A DNA stretch of 32,000 bases from Aeropyrum pernix K1 (lineage in GTDB: Archaea; Thermoproteota; Thermoprotei_A; Sulfolobales; Acidilobaceae). This document shows positions 15,815 to 24,830 of this stretch, one piece after another. The notes below the pieces were generated by a model. That model did not search any database and was not told the origin of the DNA. It worked only from the letters and a program-made list of their open reading frames with translations. The position numbers were made by a program, and so were the translations under genes. The stretch covers positions 540,001-572,000 of the forward strand of contig NC_000854.2 of the NCBI RefSeq assembly GCF_000011125.1, in the 5' to 3' direction. The stretch's first letter is position 1. Every line of letters begins with the position of its first letter.

Positions 15815-18604
15815 GTGGCCGCTTTGAGGCCCGGCCCGGTCCTGATACTGCTGCTGGTGGTGCTATCGACCGCGGCCCCTCTGGCGGATGCTGGGGTGCA
15901 GGACTGGGTCACGCCTGGCCTCGTCCTGGACGCCTCACCCCACCTCTGGCTCAGGATGGCCGATACACTTGTGCAGAGGCTCTACGACCCCGGCCTCAAC
16001 CTGTTCAGGGAGACCTGGGGCACCCCTGAGGGGCGGTGCTGGTACTGGAATACTGAGCAGGGCGAGGCGGCTCAGATCGCGGTCTACCTCAACGACTCCA
16101 CCCTCCTCTCGAGCCTCCTAGCAGCGTACAAGCAGTACTTGATATACGAGTCCCAGAGTGGCCAAGTCTACCTGTTCTCCCGGTACACTCCCTGCAGCAC
16201 GATAAGGCAGCTCAGCCTAGACCCCCAGAACTTCAGCCTCGGCAATCTGATAGTGAACATTGGAGGGGACCTGGCGGGGACTAGGACTGATGTACCTGAC
16301 TACCACAGGGTGGTAGCCCTCAGCCTAGACATCTACAAGGACCCCACTAACATCTACGAGCAGGATAAGGCGTGGCCCAACATGTGGTACACGGCCAACC
16401 TGAAGAGCCACGAGGTCTGGTACCTGGCGCCGGGCGACACCACGGACTATAAGGGAATTTGGGATACCTCTGACGGTAGCCTGGGTACGGGCAGCATCAC
16501 GAGCTACAGTGTTAGGGTCGAGCAGGCCACGGACCCCACCACCAACACCACCTATGATGTTGGCGTGGCGGAGAGGACTATGGAGGACGCAAACCTAAGC
16601 TACACCCAGCGCTTCGTACTGGAGCCCAGGAAGCCCTACGTCAAGGTGGAGCTAACGGTCACCAACAAGAGTCAGGTGGACACTCTGAGCAACGTGAGGG
16701 TGACCCTGGCCTTCGACAACCTGGACTGGTGGCTCTACAAGTATGTCTACATCCCTGGGGTGGGCCTGATAGACGCCTCCACCAGCGGGACCCAGATTAA
16801 CACGGGTGAGAAGGAGTACCATCTCGCAAGGACCTGGGAGGGCTTCTGGCAGCCAGTAACGGACTCTAGCGGCAGGGCCTGGTGGCCCAGCATAATCTAC
16901 GCCGACAGGCCCCTAGGCATGAACAGGGGGCTACTGGTCCTGGTTGATGGAAACTACGGGGTGAACTTCTGGGGCTACGGCAACTACCAGGCCCCGCAGA
17001 AGGACCTCTACGGCGTCCCCGCCTACACGGACTGGTACTACAGGTGGCTGAAGTACGAGGTGGTGGTTGGGGACCTGCCGCCGGGCGCCTCGAAGACGGT
17101 CGAGATTCTGATAGTACCTATGGCTAGCTACGCCCCTGGCCTGGAGGACCTCTACATCGAGATGGCCTCGAAGCTCGACCAGCTGGAGGGCCGGGACTTC
17201 AGCTACGCAGTGAACACGGGCACTGGGGCCTTCAAGGGCCTCGCCATGGCCAGGATTATCCTCGCCTACCTCAACCAGGGTGACCACCAGTTCGCCCAGA
17301 GGATCCTGGACACTGTGGGCCAGGTTATGGAGGCCTGGGGCTGGATGGTGTCGACCAGGGCCCTCAGCAACTACATCCTGTCGCTGGTGTACCTCTACGA
17401 CTACACGGGCGACAGGACCTACCTGGACAGGGCCGAGGCCGCCGCGCAGACCCTACTCCAGGCCCAGATAAGGGACCCCCAGGACCCGAGGAACGGGGGC
17501 TTCCTGGACATAGTTTACCCCTACGGCGTCGCCACCTACCTGGACGTGAACGCCGAGGCCGCCCACGCCCTCCTGGCCCTGTGGGAGAGGACGGGGGACA
17601 CCGCTTACAGGGAGGCTGTGGACTACTGGCTCCAGAACTGGTTCCGCAGGGAGCAGGATACGGGTAGGTGGTACTACTACAGGTACAAGAGCCTCGAGGA
17701 CGCGCCCAGCGAGTACTGGTACAAGGGCTATCTTGACGAGAAGCAGCCATACGCCCAGGGCTACTTCCTCCAGGCCCTCGCGAAGCTGTACTGGAGTGAT
17801 GAGAGGCTCCTGGTATCCTTCAACAGGATAATGGAGCTGCTCAGTGACGAGTACTGGGAGCTGACTTGGGAGGGTGCTGACGAGACCAACGTGGAGACCC
17901 AGAGCAGCGCGGCGGCGGGCCTGAGGGAGTACCTGCTCGCCCTGGCTGGAGGGGCAGGCGCGGCCGTAGAGTACGTTAGGGGCGGGGAGCTGGCCTCTGT
18001 GGTTTACGAGAAGTACGGTAGCATGGTCGACCCTTCAACCGGGCTTAGGTTTACCCTGGGCAGGATGGTCATCACCGTCTCGAAGCCTCCCCTGGCCCTT
18101 GCAACCGTCGCCGTCTACCTGCCGTCAGGGCTGCTTCTCGAGGTTCTGGTTGACGGAGTCCCCGCTAGGCAGGTGCAGCAGCTCGCCGATCTGGCTCTGA
18201 GCCCGGAGTCCTACTATTTCGACGGGAGTTTGGTGTATGTTAGGCTGCAGAGCGCCGGGGAGGTGGCGATCGTCTACCAGTGGGTGGAGAGCGGCGAGAG
18301 CAACGTCTACAGCCCCGAGGTGTCGACGCCTGTTGTGGAGCAGCCCCCCACCGTCACCCCGCCTAGCGTGGGCGTGACGCTCCCCCAGTGGCTCGAGCCG
18401 TATAAGGGGTTGCTGGCCGTGGGGCTTATCGTGGCGTCGGCTATGCTGGCCACAGAGGCCTCGGCCCCCGTGTTTGCCCTGGCCGCCGCCGGGCTGGCCG
18501 GGGTGTTCGTCGCCAGCGGCTGGCTCACTATACCCCAGGCCGTGCTGGGCCTCGCGTTCGCGGCCGCCGGGCTGGGACTGATCGTCATGAGGAAGAGGGG
18601 CTAG
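15815..18604 (+). CDS. large secreted, C-terminally membrane-anchored protein with helical (alpha/alpha)6-like repeats; possible glycan-active or envelope protein
   Basis: Signal peptide VLILLLVVLSTAAPLADA; repeated helical hairpins (NYILSLVYLYDYTGDRTYLDRAEAAAQTLLQAQ ... AEAAHALLALWERTGDTAYREAVDYWLQN); two C-terminal TM segments ending MRKRG. Confidence 0.65.
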   Translation: MAALRPGPVLILLLVVLSTAAPLADAGVQDWVTPGLVLDASPHLWLRMADTLVQRLYDPGLNLFRETWGTPEGRCWYWNTEQGEAAQIAVYLNDSTLLSSLLAAYKQYLIYESQSGQVYLFSRYTPCSTIRQLSLDPQNFSLGNLIVNIGGDLAGTRTDVPDYHRVVALSLDIYKDPTNIYEQDKAWPNMWYTANLKSHEVWYLAPGDTTDYKGIWDTSDGSLGTGSITSYSVRVEQATDPTTNTTYDVGVAERTMEDANLSYTQRFVLEPRKPYVKVELTVTNKSQVDTLSNVRVTLAFDNLDWWLYKYVYIPGVGLIDASTSGTQINTGEKEYHLARTWEGFWQPVTDSSGRAWWPSIIYADRPLGMNRGLLVLVDGNYGVNFWGYGNYQAPQKDLYGVPAYTDWYYRWLKYEVVVGDLPPGASKTVEILIVPMASYAPGLEDLYIEMASKLDQLEGRDFSYAVNTGTGAFKGLAMARIILAYLNQGDHQFAQRILDTVGQVMEAWGWMVSTRALSNYILSLVYLYDYTGDRTYLDRAEAAAQTLLQAQIRDPQDPRNGGFLDIVYPYGVATYLDVNAEAAHALLALWERTGDTAYREAVDYWLQNWFRREQDTGRWYYYRYKSLEDAPSEYWYKGYLDEKQPYAQGYFLQALAKLYWSDERLLVSFNRIMELLSDEYWELTWEGADETNVETQSSAAAGLREYLLALAGGAGAAVEYVRGGELASVVYEKYGSMVDPSTGLRFTLGRMVITVSKPPLALATVAVYLPSGLLLEVLVDGVPARQVQQLADLALSPESYYFDGSLVYVRLQSAGEVAIVYQWVESGESNVYSPEVSTPVVEQPPTVTPPSVGVTLPQWLEPYKGLLAVGLIVASAMLATEASAPVFALAAAGLAGVFVASGWLTIPQAVLGLAFAAAGLGLIVMRKRG

Positions 18605-18620
18605 GGCTGTCGCATAGCTA

Positions 18621-19010
18621 GTGTGGGGGGTTGCCGGTTTGAGGGCGCTCAACATGGCTGTGTTCATCTTCCTGCTCAGCCTCAGCATGAGCGCTGTTAA
18701 GGAGGCCTTCGGGCTGCCGCACGTGGGCCCCGTGTGGAGTGTGGGTGTTGAGGATGTGGAGGCGTACGGGAGGGTTGAGTACAGCGGGGACTGGTGGGGC
18801 GTCAGCGTGTTCTCCGCCGTGAAGAACGGGGTCGAGCTTCTGGGGGGTGTTGTTGGCGGGGCCCTCATGCTCGGCAGCACCCTCCAGGCATTCATACCCT
18901 TCCAGCTTCCGGGCGTGCTGGTGATGGGGCTGAACATTCTGGGCAGCTTCGCCGCCGCGCTGGCGTTCATCCAGTTCGTGAGGGGCGTGTCCACCCGGGG
19001 GATGGAGTGA
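18621..19010 (+). CDS. small membrane protein, 129 aa (start codon uncertain)
   Basis: ORF with N- and C-terminal hydrophobic segments; 3' end ATGA-coupled to next gene. Confidence 0.6.
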   Translation: MWGVAGLRALNMAVFIFLLSLSMSAVKEAFGLPHVGPVWSVGVEDVEAYGRVEYSGDWWGVSVFSAVKNGVELLGGVVGGALMLGSTLQAFIPFQLPGVLVMGLNILGSFAAALAFIQFVRGVSTRGME

Positions 19011-19300
19011 TGGCCTCGGCAACGTTGCCTCCCCCGCCGGACGTGCTTACGGGCGTTGGCCTGGACCAGCTGATATCCAGCTTCGCTTCGTGGTGGTCCG
19101 GCGCCACGTTCGGCCTCTTCGGCCCGGTGCTGGCCGTGCTGGCGGTCGTAACGGTGTTCTTGAAGACGCGGAGCGCCTCGGCAACCGCCGTTGTCAGCCT
19201 GGTGCTCGCCGCCTTCCTGGGTAGGGAGTGGCTGATGCTGGTGGCCGCCCTGTCCCTGGCGGCGCTGCTGTGGCAGGTGTGGAGGGCATCCACGGACTAG
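19010..19300 (+). CDS. small two/three-TM membrane protein (MASATLPPPPDVLTG...)
   Basis: In-frame ATG at 19010 within longer ORF 18794..19300; overlaps the preceding stop. Confidence 0.6.
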   Translation: MASATLPPPPDVLTGVGLDQLISSFASWWSGATFGLFGPVLAVLAVVTVFLKTRSASATAVVSLVLAAFLGREWLMLVAALSLAALLWQVWRASTD

Positions 19301-19311
19301 CCGCATATATA
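19298..19311 (+). promoter_or_regulatory. TATA-like promoter element TAGCCGCATATATA in front of first tandem paralog
   Basis: Identical 14-mer found again at 19646; 33 nt from its start to ATG 19331. Confidence 0.6.
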
Positions 19312-19330
19312 TCTCGGAGGCCTGGGGGCG

Positions 19331-19648
19331 ATGCAGGGCTTCATAGCCTATCTTGTGGGCTTCGCGGTTGTGGCCGGGGTGGCGGTGGCCCTGGGTATAA
19401 CGCTGGGGTTCTTCGCCGACATAGCTAGCAGTCTGACGTACACCACTACCACGACTTCGGTAGACCCTTCTACCGGCCAGACGGTGACTATAACACAGAC
19501 CAACTACTACGTGCCGCAGGAGTACATGAACGTGATAGACATGGCCCAATCCCTGGGCGGCACCGGGGTCACGCTGGCGATAGCAGCGCTGATAGTGGGC
19601 CTGGCCCTTCTGCTGATAGCTGTGATCAGGCAGACTGGCGGGGTGTAG
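19331..19648 (+). CDS. candidate major capsid/virion membrane protein 1 (two hydrophobic helices)
   Basis: MQGFIAYLVGFAVVAGVAVALGITLGFF ... AQSLGGTGVTLAIAALIVGLALLLIAVIR; architecture resembles spindle-shaped virus capsid proteins. Confidence 0.6.
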   Translation: MQGFIAYLVGFAVVAGVAVALGITLGFFADIASSLTYTTTTTSVDPSTGQTVTITQTNYYVPQEYMNVIDMAQSLGGTGVTLAIAALIVGLALLLIAVIRQTGGV

Positions 19649-19659
19649 CCGCATATATA
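19646..19659 (+). promoter_or_regulatory. second copy of TAGCCGCATATATA in front of second tandem paralog
   Basis: Identical to 19298-19311; 30 nt from its start to TTG 19676. Confidence 0.6.
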
Positions 19660-19675
19660 GGGTGGTGAACAGGGG

Positions 19676-19942
19676 TTGCAGGGCTTCACAGCGTATCTTG
19701 TGGGGTTCGCTATAGTCGCTGGCTTCGCAGTGGCGCTGGGCTTCATATTCGGCATATTCAACCAGATAGTGGCCCAGCTCAACACAGACCCCAACAACCC
19801 GATGATAAGCCAGGAGTTCGTCGACGCCATAAACCTTGCCCAGAGCCTTGGGGGCACCGGCCTGACCCTTGCTATAGCGGCGCTTATAGTAGGCCTCGCG
19901 ATGCTCCTCATAGCCGTGATCAGGAGCTACTCGGGCGTCTAG
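19676..19942 (+). CDS. candidate major capsid/virion membrane protein 2, paralog of 19331..19648 (TTG start)
   Basis: MQGFTAYLVGFAIVAGFAVALGF ... AQSLGGTGLTLAIAALIVGLAMLLIAVIR. Confidence 0.6.
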   Translation: MQGFTAYLVGFAIVAGFAVALGFIFGIFNQIVAQLNTDPNNPMISQEFVDAINLAQSLGGTGLTLAIAALIVGLAMLLIAVIRSYSGV

Positions 19943-19974
19943 CCTCCAACCACCTCCCGTCTACACAGCTGTTT

Positions 19975-21267
19975 TTGGCCCGGGTGCCAGTTTTGAGGCT
20001 GTCAGCCGTACTTGCGGGTGGCCTCCTGCTCCTCTTGCTGGTGGCCCCTATCCCTGGGTGGACCCCTGCGGCTGCTCAGGCGGGCGTCTTCCTGGAGATA
20101 GTGCTGCCGGACGGGAGTGGCTACAGGTTCGGCCCCCTGATACTCGAGAGGGGCGATCTAGTGGCCCCCAGCTTCTACAGGCTGGTGCTCGACGGGTCGG
20201 GCTACGTCGAGTTCGACCTCGCGCCCGAGGCCGGTACTGTGGCGGCCCTGGTGAGGCCCTACAAGACGCCGGACTGGAACGCTATAGCCAGCAACGACGA
20301 GGCCCTCTCCTGGAGGCTCTACGTCTCCCAGGCCTCAGACGCCTACGAGTTCATGAGGAGGGACAGCGCCCTAAACGCCTACGTGGCTGGCGACGGGGCC
20401 GCCCGGGACGGCGTGCTCGTGTGGGTCCTAGCCTACACCTACAGCGACAGGCTGGAGATACACGCTACCGGCAGCGGGAGCGCCTCGTGGACCGGGAGCC
20501 CCGCGGGCCCCGCTGCCAAGGTACTGATAGGCTCTAACATGTTCAACGGGAGCGAGGTCCCGGCCCAGCGGTGGATCGGGGAGATATGGGCTGTTGTGGT
20601 GCATTCGCAGCCCGCCGTCGACCCTAGGGGCTACGAGGTCCCCGCTTCGGGGCTGGAGCTCCTATTCGACCCGGGCTGGTACCTCGGCGGGGGCCTGTTC
20701 GCCGGGCTCTCGGGGTCCGGGTTCGTGTACGGGCGCCTGGTAGGTGATGCTGTGCTCGAGGCGTCTGCGCCTAGGATCTGGGTGGTTAGAGACGCCTACA
20801 CAGACCAATACCTGCACGTTTCTCTAACACCCTACGGCTCGAGGCTGAGGGTGCTCGACGCCTCCGGCGAAGTCCTGGCAGAGTATAGTGTGATATCAGA
20901 CAACAGGGTGGGGGACCTGGTGCTCGACTACCAGGTACCCTGGCCCCCGGCGCCGGGATCCGGCGGTGGTGATGGGGGGCTGGGGGCTCTGGACCTGCTG
21001 GCCGTCCCCGTTGTGCTGCTCGCCCTTGCAGCCCCGGGGGTTGCCCTGGCATCCGGTCCGGTTTGGGGGTTCACCTTCGCCGTCTTCGCCGGGGTCGCTG
21101 GCTGGGTCTCACTGTCGCGGGCCGGTGGCTTGGGGGTTGAGGGGAGCGTGTGGCAGGGGCTGGCGCTGCTCGCCCTGGTCAGCATGGTTCTGGCGGTGGT
21201 CCTATCTGCGGTCAAGCTCCTCGCCTGGAGGGGCGGCCTCAGGGAGCCCAGGGGTTTGGACCTGTGA
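19975..21267 (+). CDS. secreted/membrane-anchored protein with possible LamG/concanavalin-like region
   Basis: Signal-like VLAGGLLLLLLVAPIPGWTPAAAQA; PAQRWIGEIWAVVVHSQPAV reminiscent of LamG edge strand; two or three C-terminal TMs. Confidence 0.6.
   Translation: MARVPVLRLSAVLAGGLLLLLLVAPIPGWTPAAAQAGVFLEIVLPDGSGYRFGPLILERGDLVAPSFYRLVLDGSGYVEFDLAPEAGTVAALVRPYKTPDWNAIASNDEALSWRLYVSQASDAYEFMRRDSALNAYVAGDGAARDGVLVWVLAYTYSDRLEIHATGSGSASWTGSPAGPAAKVLIGSNMFNGSEVPAQRWIGEIWAVVVHSQPAVDPRGYEVPASGLELLFDPGWYLGGGLFAGLSGSGFVYGRLVGDAVLEASAPRIWVVRDAYTDQYLHVSLTPYGSRLRVLDASGEVLAEYSVISDNRVGDLVLDYQVPWPPAPGSGGGDGGLGALDLLAVPVVLLALAAPGVALASGPVWGFTFAVFAGVAGWVSLSRAGGLGVEGSVWQGLALLALVSMVLAVVLSAVKLLAWRGGLREPRGLDL
20785..20828. 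repeat. bipartite inverted repeat copy 11, inside CDS (44 bp)
   Basis: GTTAGAGACGCCTACACAGACCAATACCTGCACGTTTCTCTAAC. Confidence 0.85.
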
Positions 21268-21488
21268 TGCGCGGCGCCTGCAGGCTTCTGGCAGTGTTTA
21301 CCGTGGGTCTGGCGGTGTTCAGCCTAACCGTACTAACCGGCCTTCTCCTGGACGCCCTGGACGGCGTTCTCGGCGATGACGCCGCCTATACCGGTGTGGC
21401 TGTTGTCGTGGGGAGCATGCTGGGCGGGGCGGCCCTCATACTGTACAGGGGTGAGCCCCGCGGCTGTGGCGGCGGGGCGGCGCATTAG
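21267..21488 (+). CDS. small two-TM membrane protein (MRGACRLLAVFTVGLAVFSL...)
   Basis: ATG overlapping the preceding stop (TGATG), inside longer ORF 21150..21488. Confidence 0.6.
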   Translation: MRGACRLLAVFTVGLAVFSLTVLTGLLLDALDGVLGDDAAYTGVAVVVGSMLGGAALILYRGEPRGCGGGAAH

Positions 21489-21509
21489 ATAGTCGGTCAG
21501 GGTGGGAGT

Positions 21510-22358
21510 GTGCCGCGCAGGATCTTCCTAAATATGGTCGCCGCGGCGGTCCTGCTGGCGGTCGTGGTGCTCTCTCTGGCGGCGCCAGCGGCCGACGCTC
21601 GGATAACGCCTAGGCCGCAGGTTGTTAAGAACCCCAGCTTCGAGAGCGGGCTGGACTTCTGGGACCAGCTGGCTGGCGTTGCGGATGTAACCTCGAGCCT
21701 GTCGTACAGCGGCGTGTACTCGGCCTACTTCGTTAGACAGTCCGCCGAGGGCTATGCCCGCCTCAGCCAGATGCTGCCGTCGGGATACGATGAATACGAC
21801 TTTATCGCGCGGATATACGTGCCTTCACGGGCTCTGGGCAGCCCTCAGACCCTCTACGGTGCTGCTCTGGAGCATGACAACCTGCTGGTGATAGGGGCGG
21901 GCCTGCTTATAGACGGGTACAAATGCTACGTCTCCGTGAACGCCATCGACATTTTCGACATACCCGTCGACTGCAGCCAGATCGTCGACAGGTGGAACAT
22001 AGTCGAGGTGGTGATCACGGAGACGAGCCTCGGCTACAGGGCCAGGGTGTATGTAAACGGATTCATGTTCTTCGAGTCCATCGGCTTCCCGCCGCCCACA
22101 AACAGAGTGTCCCTGCTGTGGGCCGGGGAGGGCGAGTCGTCCTACTTCGACCTGATAGAGCTTTACGACCTATCCTCGGGCTCAGCCTCCGCCTCTCTGG
22201 ATGACTGGGGCCACCCCTGGGCCGTTATAATGGGGGAGCAGGGCGACCCGGCTTCCAGGTGGTGGACGCCGGTGCCCGGTGACACGCCCAGCCGCACGCT
22301 GTGGGAGGCGGTCTACGGCGCCCAGACTGAGGGGGCATCCCCGGCTAGCCGGGCCTAG
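21510..22358 (+). CDS. secreted beta-rich protein, carbohydrate-binding/LamG-like
   Basis: Signal peptide; VVKNPSFESGLDFWDQL ... YSGVYSAYF ... YRARVYVNGFMFFESI ... YFDLIELYDL pattern of jelly-roll carbohydrate-binding modules. Confidence 0.6.
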   Translation: MPRRIFLNMVAAAVLLAVVVLSLAAPAADARITPRPQVVKNPSFESGLDFWDQLAGVADVTSSLSYSGVYSAYFVRQSAEGYARLSQMLPSGYDEYDFIARIYVPSRALGSPQTLYGAALEHDNLLVIGAGLLIDGYKCYVSVNAIDIFDIPVDCSQIVDRWNIVEVVITETSLGYRARVYVNGFMFFESIGFPPPTNRVSLLWAGEGESSYFDLIELYDLSSGSASASLDDWGHPWAVIMGEQGDPASRWWTPVPGDTPSRTLWEAVYGAQTEGASPASRA

Positions 22359-22445
22359 GCTATCCACGGCCTCCACCCCCTCCCCATTCCCCCTCTTTTC
22401 CTCGGGCCTCGGCCGGTTGACGCATAACCTTTTTGGTGGGGGAGT

Positions 22446-24050
22446 GTGAAGAATGCTGTAGCGGCTCTCATCCTCGCTACAATCCTGTTGGCGCCTCTCC
22501 TCCAGGCGGTGCCAGCGTCCGCCGCCCCCAGCTACTCCGAGGTCTACAGCGCCTACATCGAGGGTAAGAGGTACATCGAGAGGCTGGCTAGGACGGTGTA
22601 CGACCCGGCGACGGGCGAGCCCGTGTACAGCTTTATAGCGGAGTATCCGAGCCTGCCTGTGTGGGGCAGGTACGGGGAGTACGAGTGGGTACCCGGCATG
22701 CCATTCTACCAGCTCTGCTCCTCCGGCGTCCACGGGTTCTACAAGGTCCATCTCAGCCTTGCCAGCGAGACGCTGGGGAGCACGTACAGTAGGTGGGTGT
22801 ACGACTACACCCTCCAGTTCGTCCTGTCCACCTCCCGGGGGGCCACAGTATTCGACCTGGCCGTTCTTAGGGTTGCGGAGGAGCACTACGGGGGCTCGTG
22901 GAGAGTTACTGTGTCTACGCTCAGCTACGGCAGTTGGGAGGGGCTGGGTAGCTGCGGGGCTATCAACGGCCGGGATATAACGGTGTACCTGGCCTCGATG
23001 CCCCTGGGGACCGTGGGGAGCCTATACACTAGCCCGGCCACCTTCAGCTTCGACAGCTCGACAGTTCTCCCCGCCTTCAGGTTCTCGGCCAGGCATGTGC
23101 TGATGCTCGGAACCCTGTTCTACGACGCCTTCGGGGTCGGAAACCTCTACATGGACAACGCCGCGAGGGATATACTGTACGAGGTGTTCAAGACCCCGAG
23201 AGACCCGCTGGACCTCTACGGCAACGCCCTCCCGGCCGCGGGCTACACGGTGAGCATTGACATCCCGGCCCTGGACAGCGATAGCGAGGACCACGAGTAC
23301 TTCTTCGACGCAATGCTGTTCGAACTGTACCCCGGGTACTATGAGACCGGCTACGACAGGATATTCAGGTGGACGCTCTACAACGGCTGGGTGGACGCGA
23401 GCGGTCCAGGCGTCTACTACCCGCTGTACCCGTACAAGTCGAAGGTCGTCTCTTACGCCGAGCTCTTTGGAGTGAATGGTGGGGATGGCTTCCTTTCTGT
23501 ACTTGAGCGTCCGCTCACATGTGGATTGGATGCCGAGACCGATCCTCTGCTAAACGCCTGGAAGGGTATCTACTACGCTGTTACGGGTAGCTGGGGCGCC
23601 GCCACGAGCCAGTGGTACGACATTGTGGATGACTGGGATGGTGTGGGGGTTCTGGCGTGCTACTCGGAGAACTACTCCACCGTTAGGCTGGCGGCCGCCG
23701 TTATGCTGGGAACCCTGCTGGCTGAGAGGGGATATATAGGATGGGGCACGGTCGACGCTATGGTGGAAGCCCTTCTCAAGGCTCAGTGGAGGGGGAGCGG
23801 CTACTACAAGCCGACGGACACGTGGGAGTACATGTTCAAGATCGACCACGCAGGCGGCTTCATAGTAGCCTATAACGTGGCGCCTGACGGCAGCTTCGGG
23901 GTCACAGGCTTCAGGCCAGACTACCTAGAGCTTATAACCGAGGGCAACGACATGGACCCCGAGTACATAGGGCCACTACCCACAAACGCGGAGACCACGC
24001 TCGCTGCCATCACAGCGCTCAAGATGTACATGGACGCCAGGTACTCCTAG
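22446..24050 (+). CDS. secreted protein with helical-barrel-like features, GTG start
   Basis: Signal peptide AALILATILLAPLLQAVPASAA; aromatic-rich body with helical C-terminal half. Confidence 0.6.
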   Translation: MKNAVAALILATILLAPLLQAVPASAAPSYSEVYSAYIEGKRYIERLARTVYDPATGEPVYSFIAEYPSLPVWGRYGEYEWVPGMPFYQLCSSGVHGFYKVHLSLASETLGSTYSRWVYDYTLQFVLSTSRGATVFDLAVLRVAEEHYGGSWRVTVSTLSYGSWEGLGSCGAINGRDITVYLASMPLGTVGSLYTSPATFSFDSSTVLPAFRFSARHVLMLGTLFYDAFGVGNLYMDNAARDILYEVFKTPRDPLDLYGNALPAAGYTVSIDIPALDSDSEDHEYFFDAMLFELYPGYYETGYDRIFRWTLYNGWVDASGPGVYYPLYPYKSKVVSYAELFGVNGGDGFLSVLERPLTCGLDAETDPLLNAWKGIYYAVTGSWGAATSQWYDIVDDWDGVGVLACYSENYSTVRLAAAVMLGTLLAERGYIGWGTVDAMVEALLKAQWRGSGYYKPTDTWEYMFKIDHAGGFIVAYNVAPDGSFGVTGFRPDYLELITEGNDMDPEYIGPLPTNAETTLAAITALKMYMDARYS

Positions 24051-24101
24051 TTGTCCACCAGCTTCTCAGGCCTTAAGCCGGAGGCAGTTAAGATAGAGTA
24101 G

Positions 24102-24830
24102 CCGTGGCTCATTGTAACCCTGTTTTTACTCTTTCCACTGTTCCCCCTCGTGGGGGGTTGTCAGGTCGGGATGTGGAAGGAGATCCGTTTCTGGCCTGAC
24201 GAGGGCTCTGGTCCTTGCACCTTGGGCTTCCCCGTTGTTAGAGCTGTGGACGGCGCCTACGGCGTAATAACTGCTGGCCACTGCAACGACTAGGAGGACG
24301 GCGGGTCGAACTACGAGTGGGTAATGCACCAGCCCGAGAAGGATGGCGACAAGAATGAGATAGGCCCGGTGGAAGCTGCGGCCTGTGTTGTGGATGCCAC
24401 CCTAGTAATTTACAGTAATGTTTATCCAGGGGTTCTGCATATATATGATGATGGCTCGTACGAGACGCTAGAGGTGACGGATTGGATAGCCTGGGAGGAC
24501 GTGCCCAATTACCTCTACGACGTCGTGTTTTACAAGACTGGTAAAACCACGGGAACGACGGCTATGCGTATGGAGGGGTATATGTCTGAGGTTCAGTCCG
24601 ACTTATACCCATGCAGGGTCTATAAGGCTATATTCGCAGATGTCGTTGCTGCCTTGTCAGGCGACAGCGGATCCCCCGCGTACCGGAAGCTGGGCGGCCA
24701 CGCAGTACTGCTGGGCTATGTAGTGGCTAACTCTGATGACTGGGATGGGATAGTGAGGACTATGATACTTAGCGTCGATAACTTGTGGGGCGCCTTTGGG
24801 GTGAGGCCTTATGTGTGCCAGTGGTGCTAG
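24102..24830 (+). pseudogene. S1 chymotrypsin/streptogrisin-like serine protease interrupted by an in-frame TAG (24291-24293); pseudogene, recoded, or two-piece
   Basis: Frame reads LIVTLFLLFPLFPLVGGCQVGMWKEIRFWPDEGSGPCTLGFPVVRAVDGAYGVITAGHCND-TAG-EDGGSNYEWV...CVVDATLVIY...TGTTAM...ALSGDSGSPAY; no certain start codon upstream in this frame. Confidence 0.7.

Noticed and set aside
18125-19654. 509-aa minus-strand ORF
   Set aside because: Shadow of GC-rich plus-strand genes; composition is His/Gln/Pro-rich and it overlaps well-supported coupled plus-strand genes.
20530-20538. GGCTCTAAC, a partial right arm
   Set aside because: No left arm about 34 bp upstream; the sequence there is GC-rich and unrelated.
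24237-24245. GTTAGAGCT in the protease gene, similar to a left arm
   Set aside because: No right arm at the expected position.
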